Shown: piece after piece, positions 28,792 to 42,128 of the stretch
Position numbering within the stretch: position 1 is the first letter of the stretch
Layout of the letters: every line of letters begins with the position of its first letter
From: Octopus bimaculoides
Lineage: Eukaryota
Direction: 5' to 3'
Length of the DNA: 64,000 nucleotides
Assembly (NCBI RefSeq): GCF_001194135.2
Contig: NC_068984.1
Coordinates: forward strand, 49,820,644 to 49,884,643
The notes under the pieces: generated by a model
What the model was told of the DNA's origin: nothing
Databases searched by the model: none
The model's input: only the letters and a program-made list of their open reading frames with translations
Translations under genes and position numbers: made by a program

Positions 28792-29181
28792 TGGAGGCGC
28801 AATGGCCCAGTGGTTAGGGCAGCGGACTCGCGGTCATAGGATCGCGGTTTCGATTCCCAGACCGGGCGTTGCGAGTGTTTATTGAGCGAAAACAGCAAAA
28901 GCTCCACGAGGCTCCGGCAGAGGATGGTGACGAACCCTGCTGTACTCCTTCAACACAAATTTCTCTCACTCTTACTTACTGTTTCTGTTGTGCCTGTAAT
29001 TCAAAGGGTCAGCCTTGTCACACTGTGTCACGCTGAATATCCCCGAGAACTACGTTAAGGGTACACGTGTCTGTGGAGTGCTCAGCCACTTGCACGTTAA
29101 TTTCACGAGCAGGCTGTTCCGTTGATTGGATCAACTGGAACCCTCGACGTCGTAAGCGACGGAGTGCCAACAACAACAACA
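28792..29181 (+). mobile_element. SINE family A, full length, with 12-bp TSD
   Basis: (CAA)n tail; TSD ACTTTCTATATG at 28780-28791 and 29182-29193. Confidence 0.95.
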
Positions 29182-29304
29182 ACTTTCTATATGCACACAG
29201 ATTAAAAGCAGGCAAAATGATCTCATTGGAATTTGAACTTGGAACGTAAAGAGACGTGAAAATAATTAGCGTAATACCATTTCTATCAATACATTATTCC
29301 AATA

Positions 29305-29502
29305 ATGTCGGTTTTAGCACAAAGCCAACCATTACAGGGAAGGTGTTTAAGTCGATTACATCGACCCCAGTGCTCAACCGGTACTTATTTTATTAATCGC
29401 GAAAGAATGAAAAGCAAAGTCGACCTCGGCGGCATTTGATTTCAAAACGTAAAGTTCGAAGAAATGCCTCCAAGCATTTTGTCCGGGACGGCAACGCCGC
29501 CT
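29305..29502 (-). mobile_element. SINE family C
   Basis: GTCGATTACATCGACCCCAGTGCTCAACCGGTACTTATTT..AAAGTCGACCTCGGCGGCATTTGA. Confidence 0.8.
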
Positions 29503-30214
29503 TACATAATTTTGTCTTGTTATTTTGGTTTTCCCATTTGGCAATAACAGATCTTAGACCGGACATTAAACATAGCTTTATTTCGTTTCTTTTTCAGTGA
29601 TATAATTTCTCTTCATGCCAAATCAAACGCCTACATATTTGGCTCATCTACGCCATATATTCGCTCATTGTATATTTGTTATAGATAACTAGCTCAGACG
29701 GAATAGGATGTAGGGAAATTATGTCAGGACACATACATTATAATTAGTCTATATATTCTATACATATTTTTCATGGAGATAAATCCATGTTTCTAGCAGA
29801 GCTGTGTATACAATTATATACAGAGAGCACCTTCTTTATGATCTTCTGTGCTATGCACTAGCCGCTAAGCCACGTGCCTCCACGTGATTGAAATGTGTAA
29901 TATATTATTTATATAGTAACACTAATCAACAAAATATGGCTACTCTTAAAAAGGTGCAGTGTTTGGATGTTTTCTATATTATATGGTGGAAGATGAGTAA
30001 GGAAAGAAGGGTGTAAAAAATTCAAGATGCATAAAACTTACAAACAAGTATTAAGTATAAGGTATGAATAACGCTAAAGCTTGAAGAACGGAATATATAC
30101 GTAAATGAGGGTAGTGGTACATAGTAATAGCGAGAGATATAAACAGAACCTCGATTCACAAGAAAAAGCAAGCAATGTGCATAAAATGCACACACAAACA
30201 CACACACACACGCT

Positions 30215-30562
30215 CTTTTATTCTTTTACTTTTTTAGCCGTTTGACTTGCGGCCATGCTGGAGCACCGCCTTTAGTCAAATAAATCGACCCAGGACTTAT
30301 TCTTTGTAAGCCAAGTACTTATTCTATATGTGTCTTTTGCCGAATCGCTACGTTACGGGGACGTAAGCACATCAACACCGGTTGTCAAGTGATGGTGGTG
30401 GAACAAACACAAACAAACACATAAATACATACATATATATGCGACGGGCTTCTTTCAGTTTCCCTATACAAAATCCACTCCCGAGGCTAGAAGGCACTTG
30501 CCCAAGGGGCCATGCAGAGGGACTGAACCAGAAACCATGTGGTTGGGAAGCAAACCACTCCT

Positions 30563-30565
<3 letters not shown>
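30215..30565 (-). mobile_element. SINE family D copy
   Basis: Homologous to 6792-7171 with internal deletions. Confidence 0.8.
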
Positions 30566-30611
<46 letters not shown>

Positions 30612-31715
30612 CAGAGAGGTGCAGAAGCAGAACGCATACAGATACTTGAAAACAACGTAACTCCTTCCAATATATTTCTGTGCTCAAATCACATCTGGTC
30701 ATTATTGTGCGTCATCCTCTCCAAAATGATGCAAAATGTCACTATATATGCTTATGCGAAATCTCAAATACCTGCTACATCTCGTTTACGCATAAGCCAC
30801 CTGCCAATTCAAAAGAAACCCGCCTTCGTATATTTACTTACATGCGTATATACAAGTTTTTGAGTAAGCTGCTGCTAACATGGGTGTGCATACATTTGGG
30901 TATAAATTTCTATGAATTTAGTTGTATACTATGTCTTTCCCTGGCACTTCTACAAGATAAATCTATGGAGTTTATGACTGAAATGCTTATTATATATACC
31001 TAAGTAGATACTATTTTTCTTATCTAATGTATTTTACCGACAGTGCTTATAAGAGGGTCAGTTTAGCTCGGGGATCGAGGCCTGAAGAGCCAAACAGGAG
31101 CTCGGGATTATCTACTGAACCAACTCCCTAAAAAGAACCCTACAGCCTAATCAGATTTCTATTGGGAACCATGTTTGCACGTGTTTCATTTGATAAATCA
31201 AATCATATTTTATTTTTAATAACACAAAATCAGAGATTTGTAGACCACAATGTATTACATCTACTTATTTGATAGACATTGGGGCAACGAAAGAGAAAGC
31301 CAATTTTGTTCTGTGATGGACTCTTCCATCGAAGACGACTTTTACCGAACGACTTGTACAACTGATTTGTTTATAGTAATCAAATGTATGTGCTGTGCAT
31401 TAGCTCACTCTCTCCTTCAAGTCGACGTTGCCTAAACGGGAATACAGTATGCCATGCGTCAGGTGTCGAAGAGATGAAGTATTTTGCTCAAGAACACAAC
31501 ACACCACTTAGTCTAGAAACTGAAACCACGACCACATGATCGTGAATCCAACACTCTTACCATTAGGCCATGATTAATTAGATTCATATAAAATCAACGT
31601 TCACATATTTAACGTAGTGATCGTTAAATAACATATTAGATTTAAATATGCAGTGAAGCAAAGCTTAATCAATGGTTAATATTATTATTATTATTTTTTT
31701 TTTTTTTTTTTTTGG

Positions 31716-32065
31716 TGGAGGCATAATGGCCCAGTGGTTAGGGCAGCGGACTTGCGATTTCGATTCCCAGACCGGGCGTTGTGAGTGTTTATTGAGAGAA
31801 AACACCTGAAGTTCCTCGAGGCTCCGGCAGGGGGTGGTGGTAAACCCTGATGTATTCTTTCACCAAAACTTTCTTTCTTGTACCTGTATTTCAAAAGGAC
31901 CAGCCTTGGCACATTCTGTGTCATGCTGAATCTCCCCGAGAACTACGCTAAGGGTACACGTGTCTGTGGAGTGCTCAGCCACATGCACGCTAATTTCACG
32001 AGCAGGCTGTTCCGTTTATCGGATCAACTGGAACACTCGACGTCGTAACCGACGGAATGGCAACA
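31716..32065 (+). mobile_element. SINE family A, older copy with internal deletions
   Basis: Same head, body and tail with small deletions; preceded by a poly-T run. Confidence 0.9.
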
Positions 32066-32666
32066 AAATATTATTTTAATTGTTCCAACAAATACGTGAG
32101 ATAACTACAATTAGGCGTTTCCATATTATCATATTTCTTCCACAGAATATAGAGGCAACATAGTAGTTCACAAGACCTGCATTCTTGAGAAAGCTGCACA
32201 GCTTTTGTTGTTTGTTCTTAGGTCAGTCTTAATTGAAAATACTATGATCCAAGGCGTTCTTCTGGGAATTATCTCATAATCTTTCATATATTACATTACA
32301 TATATTATTCAATATATCTTTCTCTTATTTTACAATCATAATTTGTTATTTAGTGATACTTAGCTGCTGTTTCTAGCATGCTCGGACTAGGTAGTTCATG
32401 GATATTGCACTTGCGACTGAAGGGAGTATAGTAAATATGTTACCTATTTTACTAGTGAGAAAAGTTAATACTATATTTGCTATTATTTAGCCCTAGGTCA
32501 GTCCTTACCAAACAACAGGCCTATGGTGAAAGCTGTGCCAGTCATTGTAATACAGCATTCATAGCGTATCTAAGCTTGTCTAGATACACTATCAGACTTA
32601 TTCTCTTTCTATCTAAGAAAATAGCGTGTGGTTAGTGATAGATTCGGTTGCGATTTTCTCGTCAGT

Positions 32667-32992
32667 AGTGAAGTCGCGTGGCTTAGTGGTTAGGGCATTT
32701 GACTCACGATCGTAAGGCCGTGAGTTCAATTCCCGGCGACGCGTTGTGTCCTTGAGCAAGACACTTTATTTCACGTTGCTCCAGTCCACTCAGCTGGCAA
32801 AAATGAGTAGTACCTGTATTTCAAAGGGCCGGCCTTGTCACACTCTGTGTCACGCTGAATCTTCCTGAGAACTACGTTAGGGGTACACGTGTTTGTAGAG
32901 TGCTCAGCCACTTGCACGTTAATTTCACGAGCAAGCTGTTCCGTTGATCGTATCAGCTGAGACCCTCGTCGTCGTAAACGACGGAGTGCTCC
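32667..32992 (+). mobile_element. SINE family B: different tRNA head and core, same 3' tail as family A; 11-bp TSD
   Basis: Core GTGTCCTTGAGCAAGACACTTTATTTCACGTTGCTCCAGTCCACTCAGCTG resembles Meta/CORE-type SINE domains (from memory). TSD TTCTCGTCAGT at 32656-32666 and 32993-33003. Confidence 0.85.
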
Positions 32993-33924
32993 TTCTCGTC
33001 AGTGACTGGACTTCATTGGCTAAATCGCACATAAATCCTTATCATAACACACTTTTAACCATTACTTCGATTTGGCAAGCACTGTAACTGGATCTGGTTT
33101 CTTTCACCGGTATAGTAGAAGTAATTCCACTTCAATGACACTGTTGTTACCTTTGAGGTATAAACAGGTACATTCCATGTCCATGTTTTCTTCCGTTAAG
33201 ATATAGGAACTCTGTGATCATTTTATAAGTTCCTTTCCGGATTAGTGTGTGTGTGTGTCTGTATATGTGTGTGATGAACTCATCTCTTCTTAAATATATT
33301 TGTACTTCCATTTACTCCTTAATTCTTTAACCCATTGCTCTAAAAGTATAGAGTTCTGATCGCAAGTCGAAAGAAAGAAAAAGAAAATGAAGAGAGGGCT
33401 ACTAAAGAGCAAGGCTGAGTTGCCCAGTTAGATAAGAAATTAGAATCGTTTAAGCCAACGTGGCGTTGTTTTCAGCATTGCCTACAAGGATTATTGAAAT
33501 GTAGTGGTGTTGATATCTTTCTCAGGAGCAGTATTAACGTAAGGGATATCTGAGCTAAAGGGATATCGTCGTTTTAGTTTCTTACTGGAATCTCATGTGA
33601 CAGAATATAATTGATTTCCAGCTTGGGCACAAGGTCACACATTCTGGTAAAGGAGTCAATGAATGATGTCCATTGATAGCTTCTGTAGTGTGGTGAGATA
33701 CTAGCATGCAATCAATAAAGCGACACATCCCATTTCCGGTATAGCTTATTTCATTTAGGCCGATAATGCTTCTTGGAACAACTTCAACGTTATAATTCAT
33801 TTGAAGTTGATATCTAACGCTATTACTTAGCTTCAAATGATTTCCATGGGTTCCGTCAGACATAACAAAAGATATCTGCATTGAAGTGTTCATTTCTAGG
33901 GCCTAAGCCGCAGTCAAATATATG

Positions 33925-33998
<74 letters not shown>

Positions 33999-34491
33999 NN
34001 NNNNNNNNNNNNNNNNNNNNNNNNNNNNNNNNNNNNNNNNNNNNNNNNNNNNNNNNNNNNNNNNNNNNNNNNNNNNNNNNNNNNNNNNNNNNNNNNNNNN
34101 NNNNNNNNNNNNNNNNNNNNNNNNNNNNNNNNNNNNNNNNNNNNNNNNNNNNNNNNNNNNNNNNNNNNNNNNNNNNNNNNNNNNNNNNNNNNNNNNNNNN
34201 NNNNNNNNNNNNNNNNNNNNNNNNNNNNNNNNNNNNNNNNNNNNNNNNNNNNNNNNNNNNNNNNNNNNNNNNNACAAGGTTTACTAAACATTATCTACTG
34301 CAGCACGGAATTTTGTCAGTGAACAGGTAGCGGTCTCAAAGCGACGAAAATATTTTGGCAAATTAAATTTAAGTGAATCTAACAGCTTTGTGTGTTTCTT
34401 AAATGGCGTATAAACACCTTCCACGCTGCAACTGTTTTCGTTCCAGCACACGATCTCAGATCAGGTCACTTGCTATGCAAGTACATCTCTG

Positions 34492-34493
<2 letters not shown>

Positions 34494-34537
<44 letters not shown>

Positions 34538-34800
34538 GTGTGTATATATATATATATATATGTATGTATATGTATATATACATATATAGATATATGTATA
34601 CATGTATATAGATATATGTATGTATATATAATATATATGTATATATATGTGTATGTATGTATGTACAATATATATATAGAGAGAGAGGGGGAGAGAGAAA
34701 GAGAGGGAGAGAGTTATACGATAAACAGAATTAGGCTTGATACATACATACATACATACATACATACATACATACATACATACATACATACATACATACA
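34494..34800. repeat. Compound (TA)n, (GA)n and (TACA)n microsatellite block
   Basis: Directly visible. Confidence 0.95.
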
Positions 34801-35892
34801 TTTGTTCCTTACTTCTACTTGTTTGGAAGTTCTGACACCAATAAATATAAATTCTAACAAACAGAATTGAAGGTTCATATTTTACAAATGCTTACGGAAT
34901 AATTAGAAAAATGAACTTGAATGGATTAGGTGTTTGTCCTTAGATTAAGTCCTAAAAGGAAAATCAGTTTGAAGCATTTATCATTGTAAAGCAGAGTGCT
35001 CTTTATATTTCTGTCATCGAGTGAAGCCTTCAGGTATAATTAAAGGCCTTGTATCGATCAATCCTGTGAGGAGTACAGTAATGTTTGCGCTATTTTTTCC
35101 TATACGAAGTTGCTGTCAGATATGGGTAAAATTTTGACACTTCGTGATCAAAGTGATACGGTCAGTTTTGATTTGAATTTATGTTTGAGATAATGCTTAG
35201 GAAACCTTGGTCAAAGTGTTTGATAGAGTAGTAATGTACTTTATTAGCAGGTGGAAGACTCAAATAAGAGATGTGGTTAAAATGTGGATTACAGGTAGTA
35301 AACGAGGTTATGGGGATAGAGATTGAGATGTATCTGACAGAAAAGAGGGAATGAGAAGGAGGTTAGTGTGAGAGGCGGTGTCAAACGCATGTTTACTGGA
35401 AGAAAGGGAGAGAGAGAGAGAGAGAGAGGGAAAGAGAGAAAGATGGTTGTTGTGAAAAGTGGAGAAAGGAAAGGATGCCAATGTAGTGTGCGTTAACCAA
35501 TCCTGAGCTTGCAATATGTGCGCATGCGTGCGTGTGCGTGTGTGTGTATATGTGCGTGCTTGTGTTCGTGTAAGTTTTATATTTATATATATAACACACA
35601 CATGCATACTTGTGTCCTAAAAGCAATTTCTGCATTGTAAACTTATCTTCCTCCGCACAACTAGTTGTTCCGTAAACCAGTCTCTTATTACTCATGATTA
35701 TCTTAATCTTTAATAGGTCTTTCTTTTTATTTTTATGGCATATTCCGTTCTATCACATTCTTAGACGATGTCTCTTGGGATAAGCAAACAGCAGTTTTAG
35801 ATCAGAATTTTATGGTTTCTTTCCTCTTATTTGCTTCTTGTCATTCTTTACTCTCTTTAGCTCTTATTTTCTTCAGATACATGCGTGGAAGA

Positions 35893-35952
<60 letters not shown>

Positions 35953-36045
35953 ATGTGAGATACAGCAGGAATTTATGAGTGTATATATGTAAGACTATGA
36001 AGGGATACGCTACAAAAGGGGATATTAGCACTATGTGTGCGTGTG

Positions 36046-36098
<53 letters not shown>

Positions 36099-36275
36099 GT
36101 ATATAATAGAAGAGACTTAGAGAGAGTCTGCGACTGTGTAAACGTGTGCGTGAGCCTGTTGAAGGAGATAAAAGAAAGAAAGAAAGGACCTAGGGTTGGG
36201 GGGTTAGTATATGAATGTGTGCAAGGATGTGTGAGTAAGGGTATATTATAGCATGTAAATGTATCTTACTATAAA

Positions 36276-36313
<38 letters not shown>

Positions 36314-36563
36314 NNNNNNNNNNNNNNNNNNNNNNNNNNNNNNNNNNNNNNNNNNNNNNNNNNNNNNNNNNNNNNNNNNNNNNNNNNNNNNNNNNNNNNN
36401 NNNNNNNNNNNNNNNNNNNNNNNNNNNNNNNNNNNNNNNNNNNNNNNNNNNNNNNNNNNNNNNNNNNNNNNNNNNNNNNNNNNNNNNNNNNNNNNNNNNN
36501 NNNNNNNNNNNNNNNNNNNNNNNNNNNNNNNNNNNNNNNNNNNNNNNNNNNNNNNNNNNNNNN

Positions 36564-36602
<39 letters not shown>

Positions 36603-36857
36603 GCGTGCGTGAGTGCGCGCATGAATCACTATCTCTACACATATGCAGTTCACTGCAACGTGTGACAATTTTCCCCCCAAACAAAACGATTATGCCAACC
36701 GACTTATACTCTTATGTCAGATACAGTCGACAGATAGATTTACAAAGCAATGTGTATATAATAGTCTCGTGCCGGTATCCACGAAAGAATGTTCCCGTAA
36801 GGTCAATGCAACACAATAACTTTTGCTGTAATGTAATTGAGTGTTCCACAAATACTA

Positions 36858-37131
36858 GCACTCTTAAATGTAATTCTAAAGCAGAATCATATGCATACAT
36901 AACGCCTAACAAGAAGCTTCAACGTTGTCGTCCAGCCTTGTAGATATCGTCAAATCGTATCCTATTGTCTTAAGTAAAAGCCCAAAGATATTTGCACTCT
37001 TTAATGTACTTCTAAAAGTACAATCATATGCACACATTAAGCCTAGCAAAGAAGCCGCAACGTTGTCGCCCAGCCTGCTACATTTAGCAGAAATGCCTGT
37101 CACATCGTATCCTATTGTCTTAAGCGAAAGC
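36858..37131. repeat. Diverged tandem duplication, period about 136 bp (2 units)
   Basis: GCACTCTT.AATGTA.TTCTAAA..AATCATATGCA.ACAT..CAACGTTGTCG.CCAGCCT..ATCGTATCCTATTGTCTTAAG.AAAGC at 36858 and 36994. Confidence 0.9.
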
Positions 37132-37979
37132 ATGACCACATTAGAGAACGTAGTCCATCATATCCCTTAAACAATATCATTTTCTGTATGAATGCAAGGC
37201 AGGCAAAACATAAAGATATGTGAAATACTTAAAGCTAAATGAAATGTAAATAACAAATAAGTTCTTTCGATATTAATATTCTATTTTTGTGGCAAGCAAC
37301 TGGAAAGAGGATCCATGCATGCTATGTATATATATATTGATACTCTTCATAAATGACTCATTTATTTTTCATAATCGCAGATTTTGGCTTCAGTTCCAAA
37401 AGTACCCCTCCTATTCAAGACTGGAATGCCTCCATGATGGCTTGTTGGTAGTTCTTGAACAAAAACTACAACAAAAATGTATATAAATACACATATTTTT
37501 TATCAGTGTTTCCTCCCTATGGAGGATGTTTCCGAAGTTTCTCAAATAGGGGTCCGTATGCTAGTCTAATTTGTGAGGAGGAAAAAAATTGGGAGTGCGG
37601 TCCACATACCAGTTTTACAAATCTCTTGCATCCATAACAGAAATATCTGAGATGATGCGAGCCCTGTACTATTGAAAAAATATTCCGACTCCGCACACTG
37701 TTTTGGTCTGATTTCTCAATGCCTGTGGAATGATGACATGATCGTCAGTGCAATTTGTATGCCTTGGCAGAATTTGAACTCAAATTGCAAAATCAAAGGT
37801 GAGATACAATTGAACATTTTGGTCGATGCTCTAACAATCTATCAGTCACCTGCTAATATATTTATCGACCACGGAAAAGTGATAGGTAAATGAACTTCAA
37901 TGGGATTTGGAGCAAATGTTATAAAGCAATTTATTCAGACGTCTCTAAGGATAGCGACAAACCGACATATATACACCTT

Positions 37980-38200
37980 TCGTCTTTTACTTTTTTCACT
38001 CATTAGACTGTGGTCATGGTGGGGAAACGCTGCGAAGAACTTTTAGTCGAACGAATTGACTCAATAATATTCTAAAGCCTGGTACTTATTCTATCGGTTT
38101 TTTCTTGCTGAGCCGCTAGGTTACGGTATCGTAAACTCACCAACACCAGTTGTCAAGCGGTTGCGAGGGACAAACATAGGCACAAAGATATACACACATA
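37980..38200 (-). mobile_element. SINE family D, 3' part, diverged
   Basis: GGTACTTATTCTATCGG..CCGCTAGGTTACGG..GTTGTCAAGCGG block shared with other copies. Confidence 0.7.
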
Positions 38201-38658
38201 GATACATATATATACATGGATATATACATATACGCATACATGTATATGTGTACAAATATATGCATGTAGATATAAATACACACACTAACGCTCAGAATGG
38301 ACTAAAAGTAGAGATTATCACTGCCACTACGAGCATAAACTAAAATTGAGTGGCTATATTAGATAGCCATAACTGGCAGTCATGAGAAAGAGACAGTGAG
38401 GGCTAAAGTGGTTTATAGATTCAAACAGCTTTGTCTTCTCTTCAGCAACTACTTATTGACCACTGAAATGGTATATAAAACCGTTATTATATACTGCTTT
38501 AGTACACCAGGACACTAGGTATACTGATTTGAGTATTTAAAGCATTTTGGGCCGTTCTATTAGCAATGTTTGGTGTCTCTTTTATCATATAAAAATCTTT
38601 CGGATAAATCTATAGATTATAGCCTCTACTGCATGTGTAAACTAAGTAATGTACATAC

Positions 38659-38699
<41 letters not shown>

Positions 38700-39103
38700 N
38701 NNNNNNNNNNNNNNNNNNNNNNNNNNNNNNNNNNNNNNNNNNNNNNNNNNNNNNNNNNNNNNNNNNNNNNNNNNNNNNNNNNNNNNNNNNNNNNNNNNNN
38801 NNNNNNNNNNNNNNNNNNNNNNNNNNNNNNNNNNNNNNNNNNNNNNNNNNNNNNNNNNNNNNNNNNNNNNNNNNNNNNNNNNNNNNNNNNNNNNNNNNNN
38901 NNNNNNNNNNNNNNNNNNNNNNNNNNNNNNNNNNNNNNNNNNNNNNNNNNNNNNNNNNNNNNNNNNNNNNNNNNNNNNNNNNNNNNNNNNNNNNNNNNNN
39001 NNNNNNNNNNNNNNNNNNNNNNNNNNNNNNNNNNNNNNNNNNNNNNNNNNNNNNNNNNNNNNNATATATATATATATATACATACATATATATATATACA
39101 TAC

Positions 39104-39349
39104 ATATACTTGCAAAAAGGACGTGTGCGTTCAATGATGTAATAATACAAAGAATACATATGCATGTATACACACGAGAGCAGAGAGGATGGTGGAGTCC
39201 GTTGTCTGTAGTTCATTGTTCTAACGTCCTGTACCCTGATATGCATCTATATACACATGTAGATGTAAGTATATACATATATGTGTGTATACATGCATAT
39301 ATATTCTTTGTATTATTACATCATTGAACGCACACGTCTTTTTTGCAAG

Positions 39350-39354
<5 letters not shown>
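39104..39354. repeat. 72-bp near-perfect inverted repeat with a 107-bp spacer
   Basis: 39104-39175 is the reverse complement of 39283-39354 with 2 mismatches. Confidence 0.95.
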
Positions 39355-39434
<80 letters not shown>

Positions 39435-39850
39435 CCTAGAATCACAGATAGTCTTGCTGGTAGTTTCCGGTCACAAAAAATATTCACAAGATCATTTATA
39501 TATGTGTATATGCATATAATTTAAGCGAGTGTCTATTTATGTGCATGTGCAGGTATGTATGTGTGAAAGAGGTAGATGGGAAGTTAGAAACAAAGAAAAT
39601 GCGCTTAGTCTACGAATATCTTGAGATTATTATTTTTTTCATTTTGTTTCTGCATTCCTCAGAGGGCACATTCATCGTCTAAAGCATAGTTTCTGGTTTG
39701 CACAGTTACCGCCAACGACTTACATTGTACTAAATATGTCTTGCCTTTCTACGACAGTTGCTAAAGTGAGTACTTTCGATGAGCGAGAGGTAGTGTTTTG
39801 GAAACAGGCTTTAAGTATACATGTATGCACACACACACACACACACACAC

Positions 39851-39883
<33 letters not shown>

Positions 39884-40066
39884 GTTGACGTCATAAGAAA
39901 CTTATCAAAAGCCTTCAAATTTTTCTATCCAGAGAAATTTTTAACCCAATATCTATAGGCTTATAAGCTTCGGATTTCACAGTTCTTAAATATATTATAT
40001 GTTTTAATCGCAGTTTGACTCAGCTCTGTACGACTTCAAATATCTCGTCAAATATCTGAATATATC

Positions 40067-40260
40067 GATTTCAAATCTTGGCATAAAGCCAGAAATTTTA
40101 AGGAAGGGGTAGAGTAGCTACATCGATGCCTGTGTTCAACACCGAAAATTTCCAAGGCAGAGTCGACCACGCCAAAATTTGAACTCTGAACGTTAAACAG
40201 GGATGAAACGCTCTAGGCATTTTTTCCGGTATGCAAATGATTCTGCCAGCTCCCCAAGCG
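40067..40260 (-). mobile_element. SINE family C, diverged
   Basis: GGCAGAGTCGACCACGCC..ATTTGAACTCTGAACG..GATTCTGCCAGCTC. Confidence 0.7.
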
Positions 40261-40855
40261 AGTTATCTTCTTTTGGTGTCTCGTCCTGTACTTATCTCTC
40301 GTGTGTTTACGTATTATTCACTCGTCAGTAATGTCCTGTACTTAATGTATATTTATATATATGTTCGAAATGCGGAGTAGATAAAACAGTGGACAACTGA
40401 TTAAGGGATTGTTCTTTATGTTGCCTGTTTCACTTGTCTATTTGTTTCTTTCGTTGTTCGAAAGAAAGTTCGTTTTCTATGTTTTTGTATTTCATGTTCT
40501 CGTTTTTCATGTTGTTCACGTTTTTTGACGTCCTGTACCCATATATGCATATGTATATACATATATATATATATATGTAAGTATGTACATATATGTATGT
40601 ATATATGCGCATATATATTATTATTATTATTAAAATATTTTCACTAACTTAATACACTTAGATAAATGTAGAAAAGTTTAAACAAAGGAACAGTTTGTCT
40701 GTTGTCTCATATAGCTTCAGAAGTAACACTTAACTAGTTTCTGTATTGCTTCTTAACTATAAACAAACCATAGCTGTTACTCGCGAGTGATCATGACTTC
40801 GTAACATGTGACATGCTTTTTGATAATTGTTTTAGTTGTTTATATAGTTGTGAGA

Positions 40856-41244
40856 TGTGGAGGCGCAATGGCCCAATGGTTAGGGCAGCGGGCTCGCGGT
40901 CATAGGATCGCGGTTTCGATTCCCAGACCGGGCGTTGTGAGTGCTTATTGAGCGAAAACACCTAAAGCTCCACGAGGCTCCGGCAGGAGATGGTGGCGAA
41001 CCCTGCTGTACTCTTCCACCACAACTTTCTCTCACTCTTACTTCCTGTTTCTGTTGTGCCTGTAATTCAAAGGGTCAGCCTTGTCATACTGTGTCACGCT
41101 GAATATCCCCGAGAACTACGTTAAGGGCACACGTGTCTGTGGAGTGCTCAGCCACTTGCACGTTAATTTCATGAGTAGGCTGTTCCGTTGATCGGATCAA
41201 CTGGAACCCTCGACGTCGTAAGCGACGGAGTGCCAGCAACAACA
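40856..41244 (+). mobile_element. SINE family A, full length, with 12-bp TSD
   Basis: TSD ATAGTTGTGAGA at 40844-40855 and 41245-41256; (CAA)n tail. Confidence 0.95.
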
Positions 41245-42128
41245 ATAGTTGTGAGAAGATATATATATTCATCTCAGCCCTCTCCCCACTTGATCTTGCG
41301 GAACATCAAGGACTTAACAATTGGAGGGAGAGAAAGCGACACCAATGCTTAGTTGATACTCGTATTTATCTGAGTGGACTGGAGTAACGTGAAATGAAAT
41401 AAGCTACTGAATGACACAACGCACATTATCAGCCATTTCATTTCTTTTGTTCTCTACCAATATAACCACATCTCTCTGTTGAGCACAAAATTAGGCTCCA
41501 AATTTTTGACGCATGATTTGAAACAATGTAAGCCATGCCGAAACTTAATTACAGGTCGTAATTCAGGTTTGGGTTGTAAGAAAAGAAAATCGAAGCAAAA
41601 TTTGTTCGCTGGTTTTTCAGATGGAATAAGTAGCTATATTCTGTAATAAATCCATTCTTGTAATTTCAAGTTTTAAAGTAACTGGCGACTGTTTTATCCT
41701 GACAACCAAGAAACACACCGGCAATGGCACTGTTTTAACATTTGATTTTATCAAGGAAGAGATTGATAAGATAAAAAGCTTTTTGATCTCTCCAAGAAAG
41801 CTTGGCAATGGTTCAAATTTAGTATAGTTTGCTAAAATTTTCGATTAATTGAAATTTTCCATGTAACTTGAGGAGAAAATAACTCTTTCTAGGTGTGTCT
41901 TAAATCTAAGTAACAAATAAACAGTGGAAATAACTGCTAATAAGTTTAGTTTGTAAAATGTTTATGGGAAATAAAGACTATAAATAGAAATGCAAATCTC
42001 TTTAAAATATGGAATGATCTCTAATATGCAAGATAGTGAGTTCAAAAACTCTAATTAACTGAAATCATCTATTTGTAGACAAAACTACGTCTTGTCTTTA
42101 TCATCATCATCCTTGCCAATTTCATTGT

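Noticed and set aside
28792-28865. tRNA-Arg-like sequence (also in the other family A, B, C and D heads)
   Set aside because: These are SINE heads with bodies, tails and TSDs; the acceptor stem and cloverleaf are incomplete.
33582-33893. 103-aa minus-strand ORF
   Set aside because: No recognisable domain and no clear donor site; it cannot be supported without a homology search.
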